Assembly (NCBI RefSeq): GCF_000143415.4
Contig: NW_003314303.1
Location: forward strand, 496,460 to 560,459
Direction of reading: 5' to 3'
From: Selaginella moellendorffii
Lineage: Eukaryota > Plantae > Lycopodiophyta
DNA length: 64,000 nt
The notes below the pieces were generated by a model. It was not told the origin of the DNA. It ran no database searches and saw only the letters and a program-made list of their open reading frames with translations. The position numbers and the translations under genes are program-made. Below are positions 50,236 through 62,619 of the stretch, in pieces. The number at the start of each line of letters is the position of its first letter. The stretch's first letter is position 1.

Positions 50236-52806
50236 TTGAAGCCGAATGGAGGCGTGACAACCGGACTCGCTAGCGAATGTGCACTGTGTGTGCAGCGGAT
50301 TGTAGCAGCAAGGCTACTCTGCCACTTACAGTTGGAGAGTGGCGCTGAAATCTCCCGGGACGCCAAGTGGGCTGCGTGTGGGTGGCGGAGTGGGCGGCGG
50401 AGTTGGCGGCAAAGTTACAAACTGGGTGTGTCTTGAAGTGGACGCCGATGCACACGAGCGCGATGCGAGCGCGAGTGTGATGCAAGCGCGAGTGGACGCC
50501 GATGCACACGAGAAACCTGTAGAGAAGTGGGAGCGCGATGCGAGCGCGAGTGGGAGCGCGATGCGAGTGCGAGTGTGCGAGCGCGAGTACGAAGCAAAAT
50601 GCAAAACCTAACCTCACACGCGTGAAATGTCACGACGGTTGGTAATCCCGCCACGTCATCATTTCTCGGACTTGGGCACCACCATTAATTTCTGGATCGG
50701 CGCGCGTATGCGTGAAATCCAAAAGAAATCCGCAACGTCATCAGTCCTCGGACTGCATGCACGCGAAATCCAAAAGAAAGATCATGATTGGGATATCATT
50801 TAATACCCTCGCTATATTTATACCATGCATGATTGGATATTCCAAAGCATCTTGTATTTCCAAAAATGCCAGATGTTCAGCTAAATAAATTGTCAGAGGA
50901 TTTGATGTGACGTTCAAGCATGTGGGCTCATGCAATTTTGATCCCAAAAAATGCACCAAAAAATGCTCGGCGTCATCTGGCATTATCTCTTGAATGGCGT
51001 GGGGCCGCATGCCATTTTCAGGAGCACATAGGAGTATATTCCTAGAATATTCTGACACGTGCGAGATTGTTTTGAGTTTCCTGGAGATCCAACCGTTAGA
51101 TCGCAACTAGATTTTACAGAATGGTATACAATGTCCTTCTTGATGACCCTGCAAAGAAGCATCTCGATCGGACACCACATGAGACCACACGAGCCTTACA
51201 ATGTTTCAGGGGCATTTGCCATAGATCCGACTGTTATTTTGCTCCAAGATTCTACAGTTTGGTGTGCATTGACCTTTCCATCAACACTGCAAAGGGACAT
51301 CACAATCAGATGCGGGATCACAAGAAACCAACTTCACTAACTCTGGTTTCACCAAGATCTACGTAAGGAGTTATGAAATGAAAGGACCCTCTCTATTGAA
51401 ATGTGTTTATGGTCCTAGGGGCATTGTGACATATCAAAGGATTTTGCATCAAGTTCTGTATTTGCATGTTTATCAAGCTACTGAATTGCTAAACCCTAAA
51501 CCCTAAACCCTAACCCTAAACATGTGGCAAATGCTGCGTGAAGAAAGATGCCCTTTCTGGGCAAATGCTGTAAGAGGCAGATGCCGAGCAGATGTATCTC
51601 AGGCTAGCGAAGGGGACAAACGAAAGCTAGCTATAAACATGACGGGATGCAAATAGATTACTAGGCTGGTCCTGCGAAAATCAAAAACCATAATTGAAAA
51701 CATTGAAAATGCAAAAAGAAAGGTTTATAATATTTTTGAATTTTAAGCAACCAAAGGAATGTAAGTAGGGCATGTGTTTGTAAGTTTAAAAATGCCTCAA
51801 CCAGATAAATTCCCAAGTAAATAAAGCTGTTTCTATTTTTGGTACAGGTAAACTTTATAGCGTGTGGGCTCATGCAATTTTGAACCCAAAAATGCACCAA
51901 AAGATGCTCGACTAGCATTATTCTTTGAATGGCATGTGGCCTTATATTGCCATAAATGGACGTACACACACAGCATAATTATTCCTTTACACGGCGAATA
52001 ATCTTGGCGCGGATCGCTGACATGGCATGGCAAAGTTCGAATCACTAACATGGCACAGCTGGATCGAGGCAAGGACATGATGTGACAAAGTTCAACCTCC
52101 GACAGCAAAGTCTAGAAGCTACTTAGTTTGAAATTTGTCAGAGGAATCATAAGATCTGGTTTGTCAGAGGATTTGATGTGACGTTCAAGCGTGTGTTATT
52201 TTTGAATTCTCGAACTCATTCCTAGGTCTATCATTTTTGTGCGCCGTGTTCTTGGTTCCGCTGAGCGCAGTGAGCGCTGCTTGTGTAAGCGGCGTTGTGA
52301 GCTGTGGTTCATGCGTCTACAAGCGGTTGCGGCATTGCGAGCGCCATTGCGAGCGGCAGTTTATGCGAGTGGCAGTTTGTGCGAGCGGCGCTACGAGCAG
52401 TTGCGGTGTTGCGAGTGGCGCTACGAGTAGTTGCGGTGTTGCGAGTGGCACTGTCTTTGGTGTGGCTACCGCTTCCTCTTGATATTCGGCACTTGTGCTT
52501 CCTGGTATGTTCACCATGGAATGGTTTAGGACCACATTTAGAAATGGCATGAGGGCACATGCCATCTTGGGCCCTTGCAATTTCATGGCTAGCATATTGT
52601 CATGTATGTTTTTACTTGCCTGCAGCTGTGTGTATATCAAGATGGCATGAGGCCTCATGCCAATTTTGTGAATGCGAAATTTCACGTGGGTGTCAATAGC
52701 ATGTTTGAATAATGGCATGTGGCCTCATGCTATTTGGTATGTTATGATTTAGGCCATTCTCCAATCATTTTTTGTATGGTCTTAACTTCTTTTCTGCACT
52801 TTCAGA

Positions 52807-55800
52807 ATGGCCTTCAGGGTTGGGGAAAAGGTTTACATTTTGAATGGTGGGAAGAGAGTTGCAAAAGGGACCCTTGTGTCTATGGATCGGAACTTTGTTA
52901 TACACTGTCAAAGGCTTGGGGAAGGCAATGCTGCTGTATCAGTAGAGACTGTCTTCGATGGGAATGTGGTCGCTATTGAACGAGGAGAGATGGTCGTCGG
53001 GGTAAATGTTGTTGTTGCCTTGAAAAATCTGCAGAAGAAAGCAGATGTTGGGGACAACGCAAGTGCGACGCATGTTCCCTCCGTGGATCTTAAGAACCGT
53101 GCTACATGGATTCAGGCAAAGGTGTTTCTAAACAACCCCGAGGGGGAGGTGGTAGCTGAGGGCTTAGCCACAGTTGTCGATCCAAGAGATGCGGTTGCTA
53201 ATCAAGAATTGGGCTGGGATGATATTGGAGTTGCAATTTTAGAGGTTGTTGACACAGAAGAAAATAGTCTGACTATTGGAAGCATTGTGCGGTGGAAATT
53301 GAGGCATTTAGTGTTTGAGAATGTGAAGGATTCACAATCAAACACCACTACAACTGATGACAGAACATCTCTTCATGGGAAAAGAAAGTACACCTTCCTA
53401 CAGCGCAGCCAAAGGGATCTGAGCAACGAACCGAAAAGGCAGAAAATGGCGATGGAGGTTCGAATGGTCTCGACAGTTGCTTGTTGCAAGAGGAGGTGCT
53501 GTCAACATGCTGATTGGGATGCTATTGAAGAGGAGAGAGCAAGATACAAGACATTGTCCTGGAAGGCAGCTCGCAATTTTGTGTATGAGGCATTACGGTC
53601 ATCTGTTGATGCTTCAGAACATCAGGTGGGGGGCATGGTCTTCCAGAGGGGTTTGGTCTGCATGAAGGCATGGAGAATCATTTATGGAGTCCCTCGAACC
53701 ACATTCTACAGAATCAAAACTGAGTTCGAGGAACAAAGGGTTCAACAGGCAGTCCATAGGAACGACGGTACGCACAAAACCAGGGGTCATGTTGTATATG
53801 GAGAGGCAATCTTCAAGAGGTTTGTCGAGACATGTAGCGAGCAGCAACCACATAAAACCCGCCTCTTGGAAGATGGAACACGAGACACCCAACGAGTTCT
53901 CCCTTCCATGTATACCAAGGGGGCCATATTGGAAGATGTGAATCGGGAACTCCAAAGTAATGGCTACAGGAAGCTGAGCCAATCTAGATTTAGTAGATTG
54001 TGGAGCAACAGGTTCAGGGATGTGAGTATAGGAAAGTACTCCAGCTTTTCAAAGTGTGACGAGTGCACTGCTATCAAAATGGCTTTGTAGAAGAATTCTT
54101 GCAGTGCTCAAGAGCGAGAGACGTTGGTTAGAAGGCGGCTCGACCACAACATCGAGCAGAGAAGCTGCAGGACTGCATATTATCATAACAGGATTCTCTC
54201 CATGGAGAGACCTGACTCTTACCTCTGCATCATCCACGACAAAATGGACCAGAAAAAGACGTGCTTACCTCGACTCAATCCTGCCCCCAAGGCAATCTCT
54301 TCATTCATGCAGCTGCCTGTGTCTCTGTTTGGCATAATCGCTCATGGGCATGGTGCCCAGAACTATGGGAACTTCTTTGTACCTCTATGGGGTGGCGGGG
54401 GTGCAAACATGATGATTGCGTCCCTAGCAAAACACTTAAGGTCTCTGCAAAGTGCGCAGACTGAGCTGAACGGCCAACCCTTGCATAAGGCCCTTGTCGA
54501 TCGAACCCCATACAGGGTTCAGCTGGAGGAGGAGCAAAGGCTTGCAGTATCGCGTGGGGCCCCATGCCATCCCAGTGAATATGTTGGCCGTCAAATTGTA
54601 GGGTTATCACGTGAGGCCTCATGCCATTCCGACGAGGCTGGTCGCCCGGTGAATGCACAGCCTCATCCAAACGAAGCAAAATCTCAAGGAAGTTCTTGCG
54701 GCCGATGTGGCCTTCCACCCCATCTTCTGCTCCAAACAGACAATGCTGGCAGTGAGAACAAAAACATGTACGTCTTCGCGTACTTGGCGATGCTTGTTGC
54801 CAAAGGCATATTTGAAACGGTTACACGTGGCTTTCTCATGGTTGGGCACACTCATGAAGACGTCGATGCCATGTTCAGTCACCTGGCAGAGTCCCTCCGG
54901 CGATCCAATGTCCTCACCCTCCCACAACTCTACGATGAATTCCAAAATTGCATCAAAGGCACTGTTGAAGCTGCACTTGTGACAGAGGTTCCAGACTTTA
55001 AGGGGTTTGTAAGAGGCTACATCAGGGACGGATCCGAAACGCTGATTGGCCACTCCAAGCCTCTTCAGTTTCATTTCAGCATGCGTGACGGTGCTCCAGT
55101 GATGAGGTACAAGATGAGAGAATGGGACACAGTGTGGCTGCCAGTGGATGGCATTGAACTCTTCAAGAGAGATCCCATAACTGGGGAACCTATGATTCCT
55201 CAGGGTTCCCCACGGCCGATGCACCCGGATGGACTCAAAGACCAGGAAAGTATAGTGGCCGGGATTAGACAGCATATTGCCTTCTGGAAGAGGGGGTTGG
55301 TGTTTGGTGGAGAATCCTATTTTAAGAGGTGCAAGCCTTTGCTCGAATACTGGGAGAAGATTATATCTGCTATCCAAAATGGGCCGGTTGTATATGAAGA
55401 ATTGGAAGAGTCCTTTTGGCCAGAACCCAGAGCACCAGATAGTAGCGGAACAATGTCCTCTGGAAATGCAGTGACAGATAACGATGTTGAGGATCACTAT
55501 TGTGGGCCGAGGAACAAGAAGCCAGATTCAGCATTCAATCCAGTACAAGTCTGCAAAGGAATGGTCGTGCTTGTCAGACCCAGTAATAAAAAACAAATGA
55601 TATGGGTGGGGCGCTACATCACTGATGCAGAGGANNNNNNNNNNNNNNNNNNNNNNNNNNNNNNNNNNNNNNNNNNNNNNNNNNNNNNNNNNNNNNNNNN
55701 NNNNNNNNNNNNNNNNNNNNNNNNNNNNNNNNNNNNNNNNNNNNNNNNNNNNNNNNNNNNNNNNNNNNNNNNNNNNNNNNNNNNNNNNNNNNNNNNNNNN

Positions 55801-56098
55801 NNNNNNNNNNNNNNNNNNNNNNNNNNNNNNNNNNNNNNNNNNNNNNNNNNNNNNNNNNNNNNNNNNNNNNNNNNNNNNNNNNNNNNNNNNNNNNNNNNNN
55901 NNNNNNNNNNNNNNNNNNNNNNNNNNNNNNNNNNNNNNNNNNNNNNNNNNNNNNNNNNNNNNNNNNNNNNNNNNNNNNNNNNNNNNNNNNNNNNNNNNNN
56001 NNNNNNNNNNNNNNNNNNNNNNNNNNNNNNNNNNNNNNNNNNNNNNNNNNNNNNNNNNNNNNNNNNNNNNNNNNNNNNNTGAATCAGAGGAGGCGTGA
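52807..56098 (+). pseudogene. Transposase, copy C, premature stop; 3' part in N gap
   Basis: TCG>TAG at 54088-54090 splits the 427-aa and downstream ORFs. The terminal exon ESEEA* ends at 56098. Confidence 0.88.
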
Positions 56099-56717
56099 TG
56101 GCATGTGGCCCTTTGCACTAGTATATCTTAATACCGGTCTGAGAAATAGAATGGCATGTGCCCTCAGGCCTTTTACTAAATCACCTTTGAAAGAAATGCA
56201 AGCCTCTATGTCGTAAAAAAAGGTACTAGAGAAATTCCTTAATAATATGAATGTTATTTAGTTTCATGAAAATACACTAAGGGTCAAATGAGTTAAATGA
56301 CTTCTCCAGACTAGCAATGCCTCTTGCTACACCTTCACAATTAGATTCGTTAGAAAAAGATAACATTGAATAATATCTAAATGTTCTCACCATTAAGTTA
56401 TATGTCTGGCTAATAGGAATGACGTTCATCTTGGAAAGCTCACCACACGCTCAATGAACAAACAAATAGTGTGTGCGCGCATGCCATCGCTCTTCTTTAG
56501 CTTCAGATTCGGCTTGTTCACCTTGATAATGAGATTTATTATACAACCAGATGGACTCAGTCTGGACACAAAGTCACCGCGCTAGTCACCATGCCCCAGA
56601 TATGTCTAGCCCCTGGACAAAAAACATATAATTTCACGTCATTTTCAAATACTTGAAAATTTGTACCTAGTCCCATTTTACTGAATAAATCCCACTTTAA
56701 CGAAATAGAGCTTCATA

Positions 56718-59113
56718 GTGTTGAACGTTGCCAGAACATTACATAACCCAAACGGCATGACAAGGAACTCATAAGATCTATACTGAGTCTTAAAGGCTGT
56801 CTTCTTCACATCTTGATCTACCACCCATATCTGATGATATCCGGACCGCAAATCAAGCTATGTGAAATATTTAGCTTTTAAGAGTTGGTCAAATAAGTCA
56901 TCAATGCGAGGTAAAGGATAACTATTTTTTATAGTGATCTTGTTGAGTACCTAATAGTCGATACACATCCTCATAGTTCCATCCTTTTTCATAACAAAAA
57001 GTACCGGCACTCCATAAAGTGACTTCCTTGGTCGGATATGACCTTTGTCAAGAAGCTCCGTAAGTTGCTTCTTGAGTTCAGCAATCTCCTTGATGTTCAA
57101 ATAATATGGAGCATTTGTAGGTGGTTTAGAACCCGAAATAACCTCAATCTAATGATCAACTTCACGGCTAGGAGGTAGCCTTGGCGGCAAATCCTTTGGG
57201 AAAATATCCTGATTCTGCGCCAACAACTTCAATATCTTTTTTGGTATAGGATCAACCCCATCACCGATTTGAACTAAGTCACCAACACCCTCAGCTTCCA
57301 TCACTTGAACCCAAAAGGTCCAACATCCCCTCTTAGTTGCTTTTTGAGCAGCCCTCGCAATCAGGAACTTTGCATCCCAATCCTTTAAGGAGCGCTTTTG
57401 CAACTGGAAAGACACATCAGGATGTTCTTCTGACTTCAATATGATGCAAATTTGTCTAGCACTATAAATCCCTTTAATATATTTGTTAAAGAAATCCATA
57501 CCAAACACCATTTAAAAATCTGGTATCTTCAACACTACCAAGTCCACTCTTTCCTTCCACTTGGATATTTTTATTGGAACATCACTCACAAATTTTCTGG
57601 CTACTTGCCCACCTTCCACAAACCGAAAGTGTATGGGTGACATTTGCTCAACATTCAATCATAACAACTTAACTAAGTCTTTGGATATCACGTTGTGTGT
57701 AGCTCCTGTATCAATCATCACTTGGATTTAGTGTCCACAGACAAAGCCTACCAAATACATCAACGGATCAGTGTTTGCATTGACTGCGAAAAAAGCTATA
57801 GGAAAGCAACAAAAGTAACTCACCTCCTTTTCCTCATAGTTTGCATTGACCAACTTGTCAACCTCTTTAGCTTCACCACCACTGTCTTCCTTCATGACAT
57901 TAACACAAAACCATGTCTTATGCTTGTTTGAACATTTTGAGGATCTATGTCCTGACTTTCCACAATGGAAGCAATAACTTACATTACCCGTTCCGCTAGG
58001 AGGAGGTTTTGCAAGTTGCTGCTACTTGAACCCACCTAGAGGAGGAACAGAGGGCCTAGGACTAGAAGAAGCTATTGGTGGTCTCCAACCACCACCACCA
58101 TTGTTAACTATTTCTTATAAGCCTCTAGGGCAAAACCTTCTTTCTACCCTCTATTTCTAATCACCTTCTTTATTCTTAGAATTCTTATTCTTGTCCAAGG
58201 TATTAGCATACGGCTGCTGATATTGTTCCATGAGCAAGTGACTAAAGGCAACTTGCTGTGCTACCTCCTTACACTCTAAGTATGTCTTTGGCTTAAACTT
58301 CAAAATCTCATTATGAGAAAGTGAACTTAAACCCTTTAGAAAATAACTCCAAGTATCTTTGTCACTCATATTGGCAATCATAATGTGCTTCTGAGCAAAC
58401 GCATTAACATAATGCATAACTACTTTAACTGCCACAGCACAGCATGAAGTTTCAGGCCAAGATCATCTGGCAAGTATTCCTTATGGATACGTGACTGCAT
58501 CTTAATCTAACTTCTAGTCTACCCTTTTTCAGCACACACTTGGCACCATCAAGTTTTTGGCATGATTGGTGAAAAAGAATTGTGCACACGCAACTTTCAT
58601 ACAATCATCTACATCTGCCGCTATGAAATTGTTTTCCATATCGTAGACCCAATCTTCCAAAACCTGATTGTCCTGCATGCCTCTAAAATTAGGTGGTTTT
58701 GGAGGCTTGAACTTTGAAACTCGTGCAACCCGGGGCAGTTGCAAAACTTCATCATCCTCAGAATTTGAAGAGAAGTCCGGTTGCTTAGGTTTAGCTGGTT
58801 TACCTGCCTTAGCCTCTTTCTTCCTCTTCTTGTTCTTCTTCTTCAATTTACGAACTTCCCTTCACAAATTCTCGATCTCAACTTCTTGAGCCATACACTG
58901 TAGTGCTATAGCATCTGGCTCTTCCTCTTCTGACTTAGCCTCAGCCTCTTCTGCAACATCTCTAGCAGGAGTTTCCTCCTCTCGACTTGCCCATTTAAAA
59001 GTACAGTTCCTTTTCACCATCACGCTAGCTACATGCATGCCTCTATCAGTAACTGAACATGCATACAACATTCTTACCGAATGGTACAATCTAATTAATT
59101 TGACACAAGTCAC
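56718..59113 (-). pseudogene. Gypsy gag, protease and RT N-half
   Basis: Gag-like PKPPNFRG..LEDW, CCHC knuckle at ~57932-57973, DTGATH at ~57695-57712, [41 protein letters not shown] and MPFGLCN. Confidence 0.88.
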
Positions 59114-59238
59114 TTCAGATCTACTAGAAAAGTCTCTATGTATGCAACTTGAGTCAGAAAATCTGACAAAAGTTGAATAGGAATCGCTGAGACAATTCCT
59201 TTAATACCAAATGTGGCACACCTAAATTTGGAGCAGAA

Positions 59239-60814
59239 TGTAAGCCACAAATGTTTCCTTTCCAATTTGCTAGCCTACCTCATCTATCCGTCCAACACTG
59301 CCTTGACTTTTGCTAAGTTCCCTTGCCAAGGTTCCCACCTATGGTACCAGCTGCTACTTGGTTCTAATTGATTTCAGCTACTCACTGCACAAGCAACGGA
59401 GTGTTAGCCATCCATCCACGGATTCCCAAATCTCTCCCAATCCCCCTCCCCGAGTTAGACTGAACTTAAGGTTCGGCTACACTCCCCGCAGGCACAAGCA
59501 GCCAAGCACACCAAGCCTCCAGGTTCCTAACACCCCTTGGTACCACAAGACTTGATCATGGGACCCTCTAAATCCCAAGTCTTGGGTGCAACACTTGCTT
59601 CGGGAAGCCGGGGCGAAACACCGTGGCCTAACGGTTCGGTATGGGTACCTCTACCCCCCCACTACCCCCTCTACCCCCCGACTACCCCCCCACGACCGCA
59701 CCTCGCCACTAGACTCCTGTTTGGAAGTTTCCTCACTAGAGTCCTCCTCAAGCAAGGATTCCTCATCCATAGCCTCTTGTTCGACCGGAGGCTCCAGCTC
59801 TGGAGGAGGTTCTATCTCCGCCTTGGTTCGTTTCCGCCCTGCCTTTGCCATTTCCCAAAAATCCGCCTCTATCCTTCGCTAGAACTGAGGAAAAGGCTCC
59901 GATACCAAATTGTAAGCCACAAATTTTTCCTTTCCAATTTGCCAGCTTACCTTGTCTATCTATCCAACACTGCCTTGACTTTTGCTAAGTTCCCTCGCCA
60001 AGGTTCCCGCCTATGGTACCAGCTGCTACTTGGTCCTACTTGGTTTCAGCTACTCACTGCACGAGCAACGGAGTGTTAGCCATCCATCCACGGATCCCCA
60101 AATCTCTCCCAATCCCCCTCCCCGGGTTAGACTGAACTTAAGGTTCGGCTACACTCCCCGCAGGCACAAGCAGCCAAGCACACCAAGCCTCCAGGTTCCT
60201 AACACCCCTTGGTACCACAAGACTTGATCATGGGACCCTCTAAATCCCAAGTCTTGGGTGCAACATTTGCTTCGGGAAGACGGGGCGAAACACCGTGGCC
60301 TAACGGTTCGGTATGTGTACCTCTACCCCCCCACTACCCCCTCTACCCCCCGACTACCCCCCCACGACCGCACCTCGCCACTAAACTCCTGTTTGGAAGT
60401 TTCCTCACTAGAGTCCTCCTCAAGCAAGGATTCCTCATCCATAGCCTCTTGTTCGACCGGAGGCTCCAGCTCTGGAGGAGGTTCTATCTCCACCTTGGTT
60501 CGTTTCTGCCCTGCCTTTGCCATTTCCCAGCAATCCGCCTCTATCCTTCGCTAGAACTGAGGAAAAGGCTCCGATACCAAATTGTAAGCCACAAATTTTT
60601 CCTTTCCAATTTGCCAGCTTACCTCGTCTATCCATCCAACACTGCATTGACTTTTGCTAAGTTCCCTCGCCAAGGTTCCCACCTATGGTACCAGCTGCTA
60701 CTTGGTCCTACTTGGTTTCAGCTACTCACTGCATGAGCAACGGAGTGTTAGCCATCCATCCACGGATCCCCAAATCTCTCCCAATCCCCCTCCCCGGGTT
60801 AGACTAGACTTAAG
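59239..60814 (-). repeat. 672-bp tandem array (~2.3 units) of L3 LTR 3' half + PBS + start of an acidic gag-like ORF
   Basis: Units start TGTAAGCCAC at 59239, 59911 and 60583. The PBS reverse complement GCTCCGATACCA precedes units 2 and 3. Confidence 0.9.
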
Positions 60815-61771
60815 TGTAAGGAACCGACTCCCCGAGATGTCGTAGGCTAAAGGATCCCCAAAAGCTTGACCGAAATGACAAAGAGTTCATCAGATGGGAC
60901 CAAGTCGAGGATCGAGTCCAAGACCGACTCTAGGACCGAGTTCGAGATAGGGTCCAGAATCGAGTCTGAGACCGACTCGGGGACCGAGTTCGAGTCCGAG
61001 TTCGAGACCGAGTTCGAGACGGAGTCCGAGATCCGAAATCAGGTCCGAGACCGAGTCCGAGGTCGAGTCCGAGGTCGGGTCTGAGATCGGGTCCGAGATC
61101 GAGTCCGAAATCGAGTCCGAGACCGAATCCGAAGTCGGATCCGAAATTGGGTCCGAGATCGAGCCAGAGACTAAGTCCAAATACTAATACGGGTCAAGGG
61201 GTGAAAGCCCAAAGCGTGCGTCTCCCAGGGGGGGGGGGGCTGCAGGGGGTTCCAAAAGTATAGTAGGGATAGTGAGGTCCAGGAACCAGTTTTGAAGGGA
61301 CTCTCCAGTTGGGCTTCCAAACCGACTTGAGGTTGAGACTGGGACCGAGGGGCCTTGGGTGGGCGTGAGCATGGACTTGGCTGGTGCCGGAGGGGCCCTC
61401 CCAGGGAGTGCTCCAGAGCAGCTCCCCCTCCCCAAAGGGAAACCGACTGGGGGGCTCCCAGCTCAGGGGGAGGGGTGCCCCCCTTGAGTACCTTGGGGCT
61501 CATTGGTCCTCGCCCTTCCGGGGGGTTGGGGCTTCCCTTCGGGATGGAAAAAGGGGGGTAGAGGTACTCATACCGGGCCGTTAGGCCACGGTGTTTCGCC
61601 CCGACGTCCCGAAGCAAGTGCTGCACCCAAGGCTTGGGATTTAGAGGGTCCCATGATCAAGTCTTGTGGTACCAAGGGGTGTTAGGAATCTGGAGGCTTG
61701 GTGTGCTTGGCTGCTTGTGCCTGCGGGGAGTGTAGCCGAACCTTAAGTTCAGTCTAACCCGGCGAGGGGGA
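60815..61771 (+). mobile_element. L3 LTR inserted in opposite orientation; runs into N gap
   Basis: Starts TGTAAGGAACCGACTC. Reverse-complement homolog of 22028-23157 and 62620-63011. Confidence 0.8.
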
Positions 61772-62619
61772 NNNNNNNNNNNNNNNNNNNNNNNNNNNNN
61801 NNNNNNNNNNNNNNNNNNNNNNNNNNNNNNNNNNNNNNNNNNNNNNNNNNNNNNNNNNNNNNNNNNNNNNNNNNNNNNNNNNNNNNNNNNNNNNNNNNNN
61901 NNNNNNNNNNNNNNNNNNNNNNNNNNNNNNNNNNNNNNNNNNNNNNNNNNNNNNNNNNNNNNNNNNNNNNNNNNNNNNNNNNNNNNNNNNNNNNNNNNNN
62001 NNNNNNNNNNNNNNNNNNNNNNNNNNNNNNNNNNNNNNNNNNNNNNNNNNNNNNNNNNNNNNNNNNNNNNNNNNNNNNNNNNNNNNNNNNNNNNNNNNNN
62101 NNNNNNNNNNNNNNNNNNNNNNNNNNNNNNNNNNNNNNNNNNNNNNNNNNNNNNNNNNNNNNNNNNNNNNNNNNNNNNNNNNNNNNNNNNNNNNNNNNNN
62201 NNNNNNNNNNNNNNNNNNNNNNNNNNNNNNNNNNNNNNNNNNNNNNNNNNNNNNNNNNNNNNNNNNNNNNNNNNNNNNNNNNNNNNNNNNNNNNNNNNNN
62301 NNNNNNNNNNNNNNNNNNNNNNNNNNNNNNNNNNNNNNNNNNNNNNNNNNNNNNNNNNNNNNNNNNNNNNNNNNNNNNNNNNNNNNNNNNNNNNNNNNNN
62401 NNNNNNNNNNNNNNNNNNNNNNNNNNNNNNNNNNNNNNNNNNNNNNNNNNNNNNNNNNNNNNNNNNNNNNNNNNNNNNNNNNNNNNNNNNNNNNNNNNNN
62501 NNNNNNNNNNNNNNNNNNNNNNNNNNNNNNNNNNNNNNNNNNNNNNNNNNNNNNNNNNNNNNNNNNNNNNNNNNNNNNNNNNNAAAAAAACAAGGAAGAG
62601 GCGAAACTAGCTGGTACCA

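Larger units (their letters stand above)
46505..56713 (+). mobile_element. Sola-like DNA transposon, copy C, full length (~10.2 kb including N gap), both TIRs and a 4-bp TSD
   Basis: 24-bp TIRs at 46505-46528 and 56690-56713. TSD CATA at 46501-46504 and 56714-56717. Removing the element and one TSD restores the host RT reading [24 protein letters not shown]. Confidence 0.95.
42645..59238 (-). mobile_element. Chromoviral Ty3/Gypsy retrotransposon, decayed; host of transposon copy C. 3' LTR 42645-43519, 5' LTR stub 59212-59238
   Basis: Minus-strand order: PBS (~59198-59209), gag, CFHCGKSGHRSSKC knuckle, protease MIDTGATHN, RT, RNase H, integrase, chromodomain, PPT 43520-43533. LTR ends TGTAACGCACTTGAATTTGGAGCCGAA and TGTGGCACACCTAAATTTGGAGCAGAA are similar. 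Confidence 0.85.

Noticed and set aside
61196-61216. GGGGTGAAAGCCCAA resembling a large-subunit rRNA segment
   Set aside because: The match is too short, there is no flanking rRNA similarity, and it is explained as an LTR motif.
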